A DNA stretch of 64,000 bases from a virus. This document shows, piece after piece, positions 56,300 through 63,570 of this stretch. Within the stretch, counting starts at the first letter, position 1. Every line of letters starts with the position of its first letter. The notes beneath the pieces are model-generated. The model saw only the letters and a list, made by a program, of their open reading frames with translations. It was not told where the DNA came from and ran no database searches. The stretch is from IMG/VR virus record IMGVR_UViG_3300042562_001598, positions 89,149-153,148 of that record. One strand, 5' to 3'. The translations under genes and the position numbers were made by a program.

Positions 56300-56933
56300 T
56301 ATGAACCTACAAGAAAAGATAAGAACCCTATTAAGGGAACAAAGTGAACAAAAGGTGGAGATTAAACCACCAATATTCTTTAGAAGAAGAGTAACCCAAG
56401 ATGAAACGGATAAAAACTTCAGACATAGTGTAGTTTATGTAATCAATAATTTCCGAAAATATCGCAATTTATTCAACTTTAATGATTATGGTGTTGATAA
56501 ATTCAAACGCGCCGTCATAATTGTCTTAATAGATGAATATAGTGATATACTATCAGATAGTGATGATTTCCCTTATGATGAGATGTATGATTATCTATAT
56601 AACCATTATGAATCTGAAATGGAAGATAGGTATAATGAACTTGTTAATGATTTGCAGGAGAACATAAATGAATCAACATTCTTTAAAAGAAGAAGTGATA
56701 TAGAAAAGATAAAAGATTTATTACCATTATTTGTAGATGATGTTTTCTATGAGTCTGAAAATTTTGAGGACTTCAAATATCAATTAACAATAAGAGCATT
56801 AGAATATTATATATGGTTAACCCATAAGTTATCCTGGGACGAACTACCATATGAGGAAGAGACAGATTTTGTTAATCAAATAAGTGAAGTATTAAACGAT
56901 ACAATTAAAGAACTTTACAACACCAAGATTTAA
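56300..56933 (+). CDS. hypothetical protein (MNLQEKIRTLLREQ; listed ORF 56253 starts upstream in overlap)
   Basis: start immediately after upstream stop. Confidence 0.45.
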
Positions 56934-56934
56934 T

Positions 56935-57615
56935 ATGAACTTAAACGAAAACATACATAGAATAAAATCAATGATGGGGATTAATGAATCCGAAGAGGAG
57001 GTATTTTATATATTTAACCCAAAGGATAATAAAATTATAGGGTTTAATATAACATCCGAGGACGAGTTAAATAATTTGTTGTATGATGATAACGGACATA
57101 ATCTTGGTTATGGGTGGGGATTACAAGTAAATAGATTTGATTCCTTAGATGACATTCAACAATGGAACCAAGAAAAAATGGGGGATAGAAATACTAAAGA
57201 GACTCAAAACTCAAAATATCCTGATTTAAGTTATATCGCATCAAATTTAAGAAAAATTGATGGATTAGACTATTACACCATTAACAGAGGTAGTTGTTTC
57301 AAGTTCGCAAAAGAAATATCTGAATTAGGTTACAATACATTTACGTTCATATTCTCAAATGAAGAACAAGAAGTTATACATGTTTATATAAAACTTAATA
57401 ACAACTTATATTTTGATGCAACCGGTTTCCATTCTAAAAAAGAAATAAAAGACGAATACATTAGTGGGGAAGATAATGATATGTATGATTCAGATATATC
57501 AGAATTAGACCACTACTGTAGTTTAGATACATATAATACTCTAACAACAATACCAATCTCCAATCAATTATGGAAGAAAGTTGTAAGTGTAATTAAAAAA
57601 TCCTCATCCAATTAA
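56935..57615 (+). CDS. hypothetical protein with MNLNENIHRIKSMMG N-terminus
   Basis: 226-aa ORF; 3' end inside terminator cassette (…KSSSN*). Confidence 0.45.
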   Translation: MNLNENIHRIKSMMGINESEEEVFYIFNPKDNKIIGFNITSEDELNNLLYDDNGHNLGYGWGLQVNRFDSLDDIQQWNQEKMGDRNTKETQNSKYPDLSYIASNLRKIDGLDYYTINRGSCFKFAKEISELGYNTFTFIFSNEEQEVIHVYIKLNNNLYFDATGFHSKKEIKDEYISGEDNDMYDSDISELDHYCSLDTYNTLTTIPISNQLWKKVVSVIKKSSSN

Positions 57616-57640
57616 AAAAGGTGGGGATTTTATCTTTATA
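57598..57640 (+). terminator. intrinsic terminator (repeated cassette)
   Basis: tcctcatccaattaaaaaaggtggggat + T run. Confidence 0.5.
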
Positions 57641-58551
57641 TCAATTATGTAATTTGATTATGAACTATATCAACTCAATTCATTTCTCACTGGCGTGAGA
57701 ACCACTACATTCTTCACTATCGTTCAGAACTCCGTTATTCATTTCGTTAATACATTTCATAATCAAATTCTTCAATTAATATCCTAATATTTGACTTTTA
57801 TATACTATACTCGGATAACAAATGTAAATATACACATTCCCCCCATATAAGAACATCCTATAGTAATATATTTATCCCCCCCATATAAGTTCCCTATTCA
57901 GAGGGACATATATAAAAGAGATAAGTATTTCGGTTAAGTAATCTGTTTATAGGGAATATATTATTAATCAATCCTTGATTATTAAGTTATTCTTTAGTAG
58001 ATTTAATGTGGAATATCGTTTAACCCCTATATAAGTGAATTATTAAATGGGTTAAAATAATGAGGTATAACCTCATAAAATAACCTGAATGATAATTGGT
58101 CTGTGGGTTATGGAATATGTCGTTAAATGGGGGTTAAAATGACCTCTACGAGGGCTCGTTGAAGATACCATTCTAACACACTACGTGTTTCCACCGCCTA
58201 TGAACCATAACTATAATTTCTTGCTGGGAAACATAGATAGTAAATAAAGTGGTCTTTACGGTATCACCAGGGGGAATAAATTGGTCTTTACACTATTGTA
58301 ACAACCATATTCGGTGGTAATCTGTGGTAGATTATGGTAAGTCTAATAGTCTGAAATAGTGGTGGGGGGATTATCCCCCATTCAACACTCACCTGACATT
58401 CTGACATAATCAAGAAAATTAGCATAAAGTTATTAACAAAATTGGTCTTGTAGATACCCCCAGGATAAACACTATAATAAATAATGAGTATAAATAACGG
58501 GTATAATTTGTACCGATTATAAATAAGTAATAAATAATTAATATAAATAAG
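57641..58551. other. about 900-bp ORF-poor region dense in short repeats, hairpins and C-runs (candidate origin/regulatory hub or structured RNA)
   Basis: CCCC(C)ATATAAG x3 (57841, 57881, 58025); TAAATGGG(GG)TTAAAAT x2; TGGTCTT(T/G) x3; palindrome GGGGGATTATCCCCC at about 58366; hairpins tctcacTGGCgtgaga, gaggtATAacctc. Confidence 0.4.
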
Positions 58552-58839
58552 ATGGAATATTTGGTTGATGTGCCGGTTAGTGTAAGACATGATGGTCATA
58601 TATACTTTGTGGAGTATAATGATGGGGGTAATACTGGTGAGTGCATATATGAATATGGTGGTGTGGGAAAGAGTGGGAAGATATTGGTTATGACAAGTTG
58701 TCGTATGGATGATATTATCTCTGGGGTGAATAGTAGGAAACCGTTAATGGATGGGGACTTCTATGGATTATCAATGCACATCCGGGAACATTCACTATGG
58801 CAGGTAATGGAATATATTGATAAATATTCCAAGGTATGA
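58552..58839 (+). CDS. hypothetical small protein
   Basis: 95-aa ORF between noncoding region and minus array. Confidence 0.35.
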   Translation: MEYLVDVPVSVRHDGHIYFVEYNDGGNTGECIYEYGGVGKSGKILVMTSCRMDDIISGVNSRKPLMDGDFYGLSMHIREHSLWQVMEYIDKYSKV

Positions 58840-59048
58840 TGGTTTTTTTGGGGAATGGGTATATTTATATAAGACCCTCCTAACGGCGGGCAGGAATAAG
58901 ATATCCATTTCCCCACTGTTGGGAATTTGCCATTCAGGGACAGGTGCTCGTAAAGAACTGGGGGATTGATTGTTTCAAGAACATATAAAAATTTAAGACT
59001 TACCTTCGGTCGGTCTAACGACACCTCCTATATGGGGGATTTTGTGTT

Positions 59049-59243
59049 TTAGTTAAGTTCATCGTATATCTCCAGGGTAACAAGGTTCCATACCGGAAGT
59101 TCTATTGATTTATATGGGGGATTATAAATGGACTGGGGATAATCATACCTGGTCTTTATCCAAAGGGGTGTATCAATATTGAGACTTATTGAACTATACA
59201 CTATACCCTTAACTGACTTCCCCAATGTAATCTTTGTTTTCAT
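59049..59243 (-). CDS. array unit (degenerate C-terminus)
   Basis: MKTKITLGKSVKGIVYSSISLNIDTPLW... Confidence 0.4.
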   Translation of the reverse strand: MKTKITLGKSVKGIVYSSISLNIDTPLWIKTRYDYPQSIYNPPYKSIELPVWNLVTLEIYDELN

Positions 59244-59414
59244 AATCTAAAATTTGTTGAATTATTAACAGGGTCAACCAATAACCTCCATACTAAATCA
59301 TATATTGGACCATGCACGGAACTCATCAATGAACGACTAACTGAACGCCACACTGAACTCCTCACTTTATCCCTAACTGATTTCCCCAATCTAATCCTGG
59401 GGGTAATAACTTCT
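59241..59414 (-). CDS. SV-repeat minigene (approx, not in track)
   Basis: MKEVITPRIRLGKSVRDKVRSSVWRSVSRSLMSSVHG...NFRL. Confidence 0.4.
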
Positions 59415-59415
59415 T

Positions 59416-59643
59416 TCATATACTATTCTTTATTGAATTATTAACTGAACCATACACTAAATTCCACACTGAACTATATACTGAAATATTCACTGAACGC
59501 CTAACTGAACAACTCACTGAACTATGTACGGAACTATACATTGAATTATCTACTGAACCATACACTAAATTCCACACTGAATTCCACACTAACTTATCCA
59601 CCGGTTTACCCAATCTAATCCTGGGGGTAATAACTTCTTTCAT
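59416..59643 (-). CDS. SV-repeat minigene (MKEV type)
   Basis: MKEVITPRIRLGKPVDKLVWNSVWNLVYGSV... Confidence 0.55.
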   Translation of the reverse strand: MKEVITPRIRLGKPVDKLVWNSVWNLVYGSVDNSMYSSVHSSVSCSVRRSVNISVYSSVWNLVYGSVNNSIKNSI

Positions 59644-59843
59644 ATACTATTCTTTATTGAATTATTAACTGAACGCCAAGCTGAACTATACACTGAATCA
59701 TATACTGAATTCTGCACCGAACTATCCACTGAACCACACACTATACTCCTCAATGAAATATCCACTGAACTACTCACTGAATCATACACTGACCTCCTCA
59801 CTTTACGATTAACCGATTTCCCCAAGACTAACTTTGTTTTCAT
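59640..59843 (-). CDS. SV-repeat minigene (MKTK type; listed ORF extends to 59864)
   Basis: internal start MKTKLVLGKSVNRKVRRSVYDSV. Confidence 0.5.
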   Translation of the reverse strand: MKTKLVLGKSVNRKVRRSVYDSVSSSVDISLRSIVCGSVDSSVQNSVYDSVYSSAWRSVNNSIKNSI

Positions 59844-60007
59844 AATATAAAACTTGAACTCCACACCGAATTAAACACTGAAATATTTACTGAACCACAC
59901 ACTATACTCCTCACTGAACTATCCACTGAATAATACACTGACTTCCTCACTTTAACCTTAACCGATTTCCCCAAGACTAACTTGGGGGTAATAATCTTAT
60001 TATCCAT
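59840..60007 (-). CDS. SV-repeat minigene (55 aa, approx, not in track)
   Basis: MDNKIITPKLVLGKSVKVKVRKSVYYSVDSSVRSIVCGSV... Confidence 0.4.
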   Translation of the reverse strand: MDNKIITPKLVLGKSVKVKVRKSVYYSVDSSVRSIVCGSVNISVFNSVWSSSFIL

Positions 60008-60183
60008 AATCTAAAATTTGTTGAACTATATACTGAAATATTCACTGAGCGTCTAACTGAAAACCAGACTGAACTATGTACTAAATCCCACAATGAACTA
60101 CCCACTGAACTACTCAATGACCTATTCACTGACCTACTAACTGATTCCCCCAATGTAATCCTGGGGGTTATTACTTCTTTCAT
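59977..60183 (-). CDS. SV-repeat minigene (MKEV type; reads through into next leader)
   Basis: MKEVITPRITLGESVSRSVNRSLSSSVGSS... Confidence 0.5.
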   Translation of the reverse strand: MKEVITPRITLGESVSRSVNRSLSSSVGSSLWDLVHSSVWFSVRRSVNISVYSSTNFRLWIIRLLPPS

Positions 60184-60398
60184 AATCTATTCTTTATTGA
60201 TTCACGTATTGGACGACTAACTGAACTCTTCACTGAACTATGCACTGACCTTTCTACTGAATGATACAATGAAATATCCACAGAACTACTTACTAAACGA
60301 CTAGCTGAATAATCCCTCAATGAATGATACACTGAACGATTAATTGAATCCCACAATTTATCCTTAACAGATTCTCTAATTCTAATCTTTGTTTTCAT
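60180..60398 (-). CDS. SV-repeat minigene (MKTK type)
   Basis: MKTKIRIRESVKDKLWDSINRSVYHSL... Confidence 0.5.
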   Translation of the reverse strand: MKTKIRIRESVKDKLWDSINRSVYHSLRDYSASRLVSSSVDISLYHSVERSVHSSVKSSVSRPIRESIKNRL

Positions 60399-60622
60399 AA
60401 TCTATTTATTATTGAACTCCTCACTGACCTTATCACTGAACTATTCACTGAACGATACACTGAACGATACACTGAACGATATACTGAACTCCTAACAGAA
60501 CCCCTCACTGAACGATTCACCGAACTATTCACTGACCTTATCACTGAACTACTCACTGAACTATCCACTTTACCCTTAACTGACTTCCCCAATGTAATCC
60601 TGGGGGATATTACTTCTTTCAT
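60395..60622 (-). CDS. SV-repeat minigene with 3x perfect 12-nt tandem repeat (SVYRSVYRSVYRSV)
   Basis: gaacgatacact x3 at about 60450-60485. Confidence 0.55.
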   Translation of the reverse strand: MKEVISPRITLGKSVKGKVDSSVSSSVIRSVNSSVNRSVRGSVRSSVYRSVYRSVYRSVNSSVIRSVRSSIINRL

Positions 60623-60822
60623 AATCTATTCTTTATTGATTCATTAACTGAACCCTTAATTGAACTCCATACTGAATTAGTCACTGGTCTCCACACCGAA
60701 TCATCCACTGACCTAACCACTGTAGTATTAACCGACCCCATACTTGAACCCACCACATAATCATGTAGATAAACTCTCACTTTACGATTAACCGGTTTCC
60801 CCAATGTAATCTTTGTTTTCAT
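60619..60822 (-). CDS. SV-repeat minigene (MKTK type)
   Basis: MKTKITLGKPVNRKVRVYLHDYVVGSS... Confidence 0.5.
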   Translation of the reverse strand: MKTKITLGKPVNRKVRVYLHDYVVGSSMGSVNTTVVRSVDDSVWRPVTNSVWSSIKGSVNESIKNRL

Positions 60823-61034
60823 AATATAAAATTTGTTAAACTCCTGATTGGAGAATCCACTGAACGCCTAACTGAAATATACACCGAACTACTCACTGAA
60901 CTATATACTGAACCATGCACTGACCTTTCTACTGAACTATATACTGAACCATGCACGGAATTATCTACTGAACTCAACACTAACTTATTAACCGACTTCC
61001 CCAATCTTATCCTGGGGGATATAACTTCTTTCAT
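60819..61034 (-). CDS. SV-repeat minigene (MKEV type)
   Basis: MKEVISPRIRLGKSVNKLVLSSVDNSVHGSVYSSV... Confidence 0.55.
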   Translation of the reverse strand: MKEVISPRIRLGKSVNKLVLSSVDNSVHGSVYSSVERSVHGSVYSSVSSSVYISVRRSVDSPIRSLTNFIL

Positions 61035-61222
61035 ATTCTATTCTTTATTGAACTATATACTGAATTACTCACTGAACTCTCCACTGAAGACCTTACCAAT
61101 CTCCATACTGAATCATACACTGGAATATTTACTGAACCACACAATGCACCAATCATTGACATATCCAGCGAACTTCTTAATTTATCACTAACTGACCTCC
61201 CCAATTTAATATTTGTATTCAT
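61031..61222 (-). CDS. SV-repeat minigene (internal start MNTNIKLGRSV of listed ORF 61031-61279)
   Basis: leader variant. Confidence 0.45.
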   Translation of the reverse strand: MNTNIKLGRSVSDKLRSSLDMSMIGALCGSVNIPVYDSVWRLVRSSVESSVSNSVYSSIKNRI

Positions 61223-61409
61223 TATTAAAAGTTGTTGGATACCACAATGAATCACACACTGCATCACATACAGAATCACGCAATAACCAATTCACTGAAC
61301 TATACACGGAACTATATACAGAATCGTACACTGTAATCCTAAGTGAACTACTTATTTCACCCTTAACCGGTTTCCCCAATCTAATCCTGGGGGTCATAAC
61401 TTCTTTCAT
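61206..61409 (-). CDS. SV-repeat minigene (MKEV type, degenerate tail)
   Basis: MKEVMTPRIRLGKPVKGEISSSLRITVYDSVYSSVYSSV. Confidence 0.5.
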   Translation of the reverse strand: MKEVMTPRIRLGKPVKGEISSSLRITVYDSVYSSVYSSVNWLLRDSVCDAVCDSLWYPTTFNNEYKY

Positions 61410-61624
61410 ATTCTAATGTTTATTGAATTAGTCACTGACCTATATACTGAACGATATACTGAACTACTCACCGAAATATCCACTGAACTCTTAACTGAAT
61501 TCCTAACTGGTCTACTTACTGAATTAGCCACTAAATCATACACTGACCTACTTACTTTATCCATAACCAAACTCCCCAATCTTATCCTGGGGGTTATTAC
61601 TTTACCATCCATATCACTTAACAA
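61406..61624 (-). CDS. SV-repeat minigene (outermost unit, leader MLSDMDGKVITPRIRLG)
   Basis: same family. Confidence 0.5.
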   Translation of the reverse strand: MLSDMDGKVITPRIRLGSLVMDKVSRSVYDLVANSVSRPVRNSVKSSVDISVSSSVYRSVYRSVTNSINIRI

Positions 61625-61629
61625 TTAAA

Positions 61630-62245
61630 CCACAAAGATAATCATTTATTCATTACAATCCTAATCCATCCTGGGGGAATAACAATCCCTTATATAAAAA
61701 TAAAAGGTAGGTCGCCGTCTACTCTACCCGATTGTAAAACAAATCGCGCCCCCGTGGAAGTCTTATCCCCCATTTCCGTTATACAAAGATACAAAACCCC
61801 CAGGTATAAACCAAACTTATATTCATAAAGTTATTAACATGACATATAGTCTGTTGATAACTTTCCCCCATTGTTAATAACTTCCTATTGTCAGTGCGTC
61901 AGGTTCATAACTTGTTAATAACTTCTAACCACCAGGGGAGGGAGCCACTTAAATGGTTCATTATTAGGTTGTTATACCGGGCTGCCTGGGGCGTATGGGG
62001 GGGCGCTACCTACTGCCCCCGTATCCCCCTTCCTTCCTGCCCCCTGTCAAAGTGTCAGAAGGGGGGATAATCCCAAGAATGAAGTGTATGGGTAAAAAAA
62101 ACTTTATAGGAAAATTGTTGGAAAAAGGTAAAATAAATTTCTGGAAAAAATTGGGGAAATGAGTCCCCCATTTACAGGGGTGGTTTAGAAATGATTTATG
62201 TATGTTTTTTCATTTTAGGTTATATTTATTATAAAAAAATATTAT
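61630..62245. other. ORF-free, locally GC-rich structured region with iterons (candidate ncRNA/origin/packaging signal)
   Basis: TTGTTAATAACTTC x2 plus GTTATTAAC/GTTGATAAC variants (61820-61930); GC hairpin GGGGGCGctacctactGCCCCCG at about 62005; C-rich runs; composition unlike rest of window. Confidence 0.4.
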
Positions 62246-62629
62246 ATGAAAAAAGTTATAACATTAACAGAAAACGATTTGGTTCGTTTAATTAAAAAAG
62301 TAATTAGTGAACAAATGAAAGTTGACGATTCAGAAGTTTCTCAATTTATTAAAACACCCAATAAATTAGTTATTCTTGATTTTACAGCTGAATGGTGTGG
62401 TCCTTGTCAAAAGATTAAAAAACATTTTGACGAGATTATTGAAAACCCTAAATTGAGTAACAAATTTATTTTAGGTTCTTATGATTTTAGTTTTAGTTCA
62501 CCGTTAGCGAAGAAATATAATATTCAAGGAATACCTTATGTTATGTTTTTTAGAAATGGTAAAATGATTCATAAGTTTGTAGGGTATAAAGACAAAGAAC
62601 ATATTGTTTCTTTAATACAGAAACTTTAA
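62246..62629 (+). CDS. thioredoxin with N-terminal shared module (MKKVITLTENDLVRLIKKVISEQ)
   Basis: canonical AEWCGPCQKIK active site. Confidence 0.7.
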   Translation: MKKVITLTENDLVRLIKKVISEQMKVDDSEVSQFIKTPNKLVILDFTAEWCGPCQKIKKHFDEIIENPKLSNKFILGSYDFSFSSPLAKKYNIQGIPYVMFFRNGKMIHKFVGYKDKEHIVSLIQKL

Positions 62630-62631
62630 TA

Positions 62632-62665
62632 ATCCCCCTCTTCAACGGAGGGGTTTTTTATTTTC
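62632..62665 (+). terminator. intrinsic terminator (ccccctcttcaacggagggg + T run); degenerate second copy at about 62745-62775
   Basis: hairpin + T6. Confidence 0.5.
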
Positions 62666-62842
62666 TATAAACACGAGCCCTTTATATATGGAGGGGTCAA
62701 TAGTGAAAAAAAAATTCTGGGAAAATTTTCAGAAAAAGGGGATTAGTATATATCTTCAACGAAAGGGGTTTTTTTATATCATCAATGTTGATTCTATAGT
62801 TTTTTATTTGTATGATTATATAAACCTTAAAATTTATATATT

Positions 62843-63133
62843 ATGTCAGAACAAACGGAACAAAGTGTAAAGACCATTGCGGTATTTGTGAGAGAGTATT
62901 ATGAAACATCTATTGTTAGAGAGCCTATTGAGTTGAATATTGGGGATTACCCTGAATTGGAGGGTATGACCCAGGATGAGGCAATTGATTATGTTGAATC
63001 TAACGCTTGGGAGATGAAAGCAACCATTGATGATTATGATTCACTTGCTGACCAACTCAGTGATATGGATATTCGTAGAGATAAGATTACCAATGAGACC
63101 CAAGAGATTAATGCGGTTAAAGAAATGTTTTAA
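62843..63133 (+). CDS. hypothetical acidic protein
   Basis: 96-aa ORF followed by terminator. Confidence 0.4.
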   Translation: MSEQTEQSVKTIAVFVREYYETSIVREPIELNIGDYPELEGMTQDEAIDYVESNAWEMKATIDDYDSLADQLSDMDIRRDKITNETQEINAVKEMF

Positions 63134-63165
63134 TTAACTCCCCCAATTATTTTATAGTTGGGGTT
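63128..63165 (+). terminator. intrinsic terminator (cccccaattattttatagttgggg + T run)
   Basis: near-identical copy at 63488-63528. Confidence 0.55.
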
Positions 63166-63217
63166 TTTTTTATTTTATGATATATTTATATTTAAATAAA
63201 ATTAAAAAATTAAAAAC

Positions 63218-63469
63218 ATGGGAAAAGTAATTAGATTAAGTGAAGACGATTTAAGTCGTTTGGTTAGAAAAATAATAAGTGAAGCGGTTATTGCTGAATC
63301 ATTTGATGATGTTGTAAACTATTTAGGTATTACACCTAATGAAAAAGGGAATATAAGTTTTAATTATAACCCACAAACCGGTCTTTATTTGACAAATACT
63401 AAAAATAACAGGAATTGTATATTAAAAATTACTCCACCAAAAACTCAACCAACTCAACCGGTACGATAA
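63218..63469 (+). CDS. small protein with shared N-terminal module (MGKVIRLSEDDLSRLVRKIISEA)
   Basis: 83-aa ORF in duplicated module. Confidence 0.4.
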   Translation: MGKVIRLSEDDLSRLVRKIISEAVIAESFDDVVNYLGITPNEKGNISFNYNPQTGLYLTNTKNNRNCILKITPPKTQPTQPVR

Positions 63470-63570
63470 AAAAATATATATTATTTACACCCCCAATTAT
63501 TTTATATAGTTGGGGTTTTTTTTATTTTATGATATATTTATATTTAAATAAAATAATTAAATTATTAAAT

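Larger units (their letters stand above)
59049..61624 (-). repeat. inverted tandem array of about 13 paralogous SV-repeat minigenes (same family as 44624-48247), leaders alternate MKEVITPRIRLGKSV / MKTKIxLGKSV
   Basis: minus-strand units start (5' ends) at about 61624, 61409, 61222, 61034, 60822, 60622, 60398, 60183, 60007, 59843, 59643, 59414, 59243; ATGA overlaps; 12-nt CACTGAA period on + strand. Confidence 0.85.

Noticed and set aside
58288-59024. Minus-strand ORFs 58288-58599 and 58761-59024
   Set aside because: They lie in the repeat/hairpin-rich non-coding island, have low-complexity translations, and no promoter or terminator context.
61840-61930. DnaA boxes in the GTTGATAAC/GTTAATAAC repeats
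   Set aside because: The best match, TTATCAACA, deviates from TTATCCACA at a critical position, and the repeats are better described as phage-specific iterons. Origin function remains only a hypothesis.
61888-62070. 60-aa ORF in GC-rich block
   Set aside because: Pro/Gly/Trp/Cys-rich translation typical of a GC-rich non-coding segment. No start context or promoter. The region is better explained as structured DNA or RNA.
57641-62245. tRNA or tmRNA genes in the large non-coding islands and other gaps
   Set aside because: No cloverleaf-compatible segments were seen. No GTTCGAATCC-like T-arm and no matching acceptor stems. Cannot be fully excluded without tRNAscan.
62688-62870. 60-aa ORF after the thioredoxin gene
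   Set aside because: It spans the terminator hairpin and a degenerate second copy of it (cttcaacgaaaggggttttttt). Composition is junk-like. Likely non-coding.
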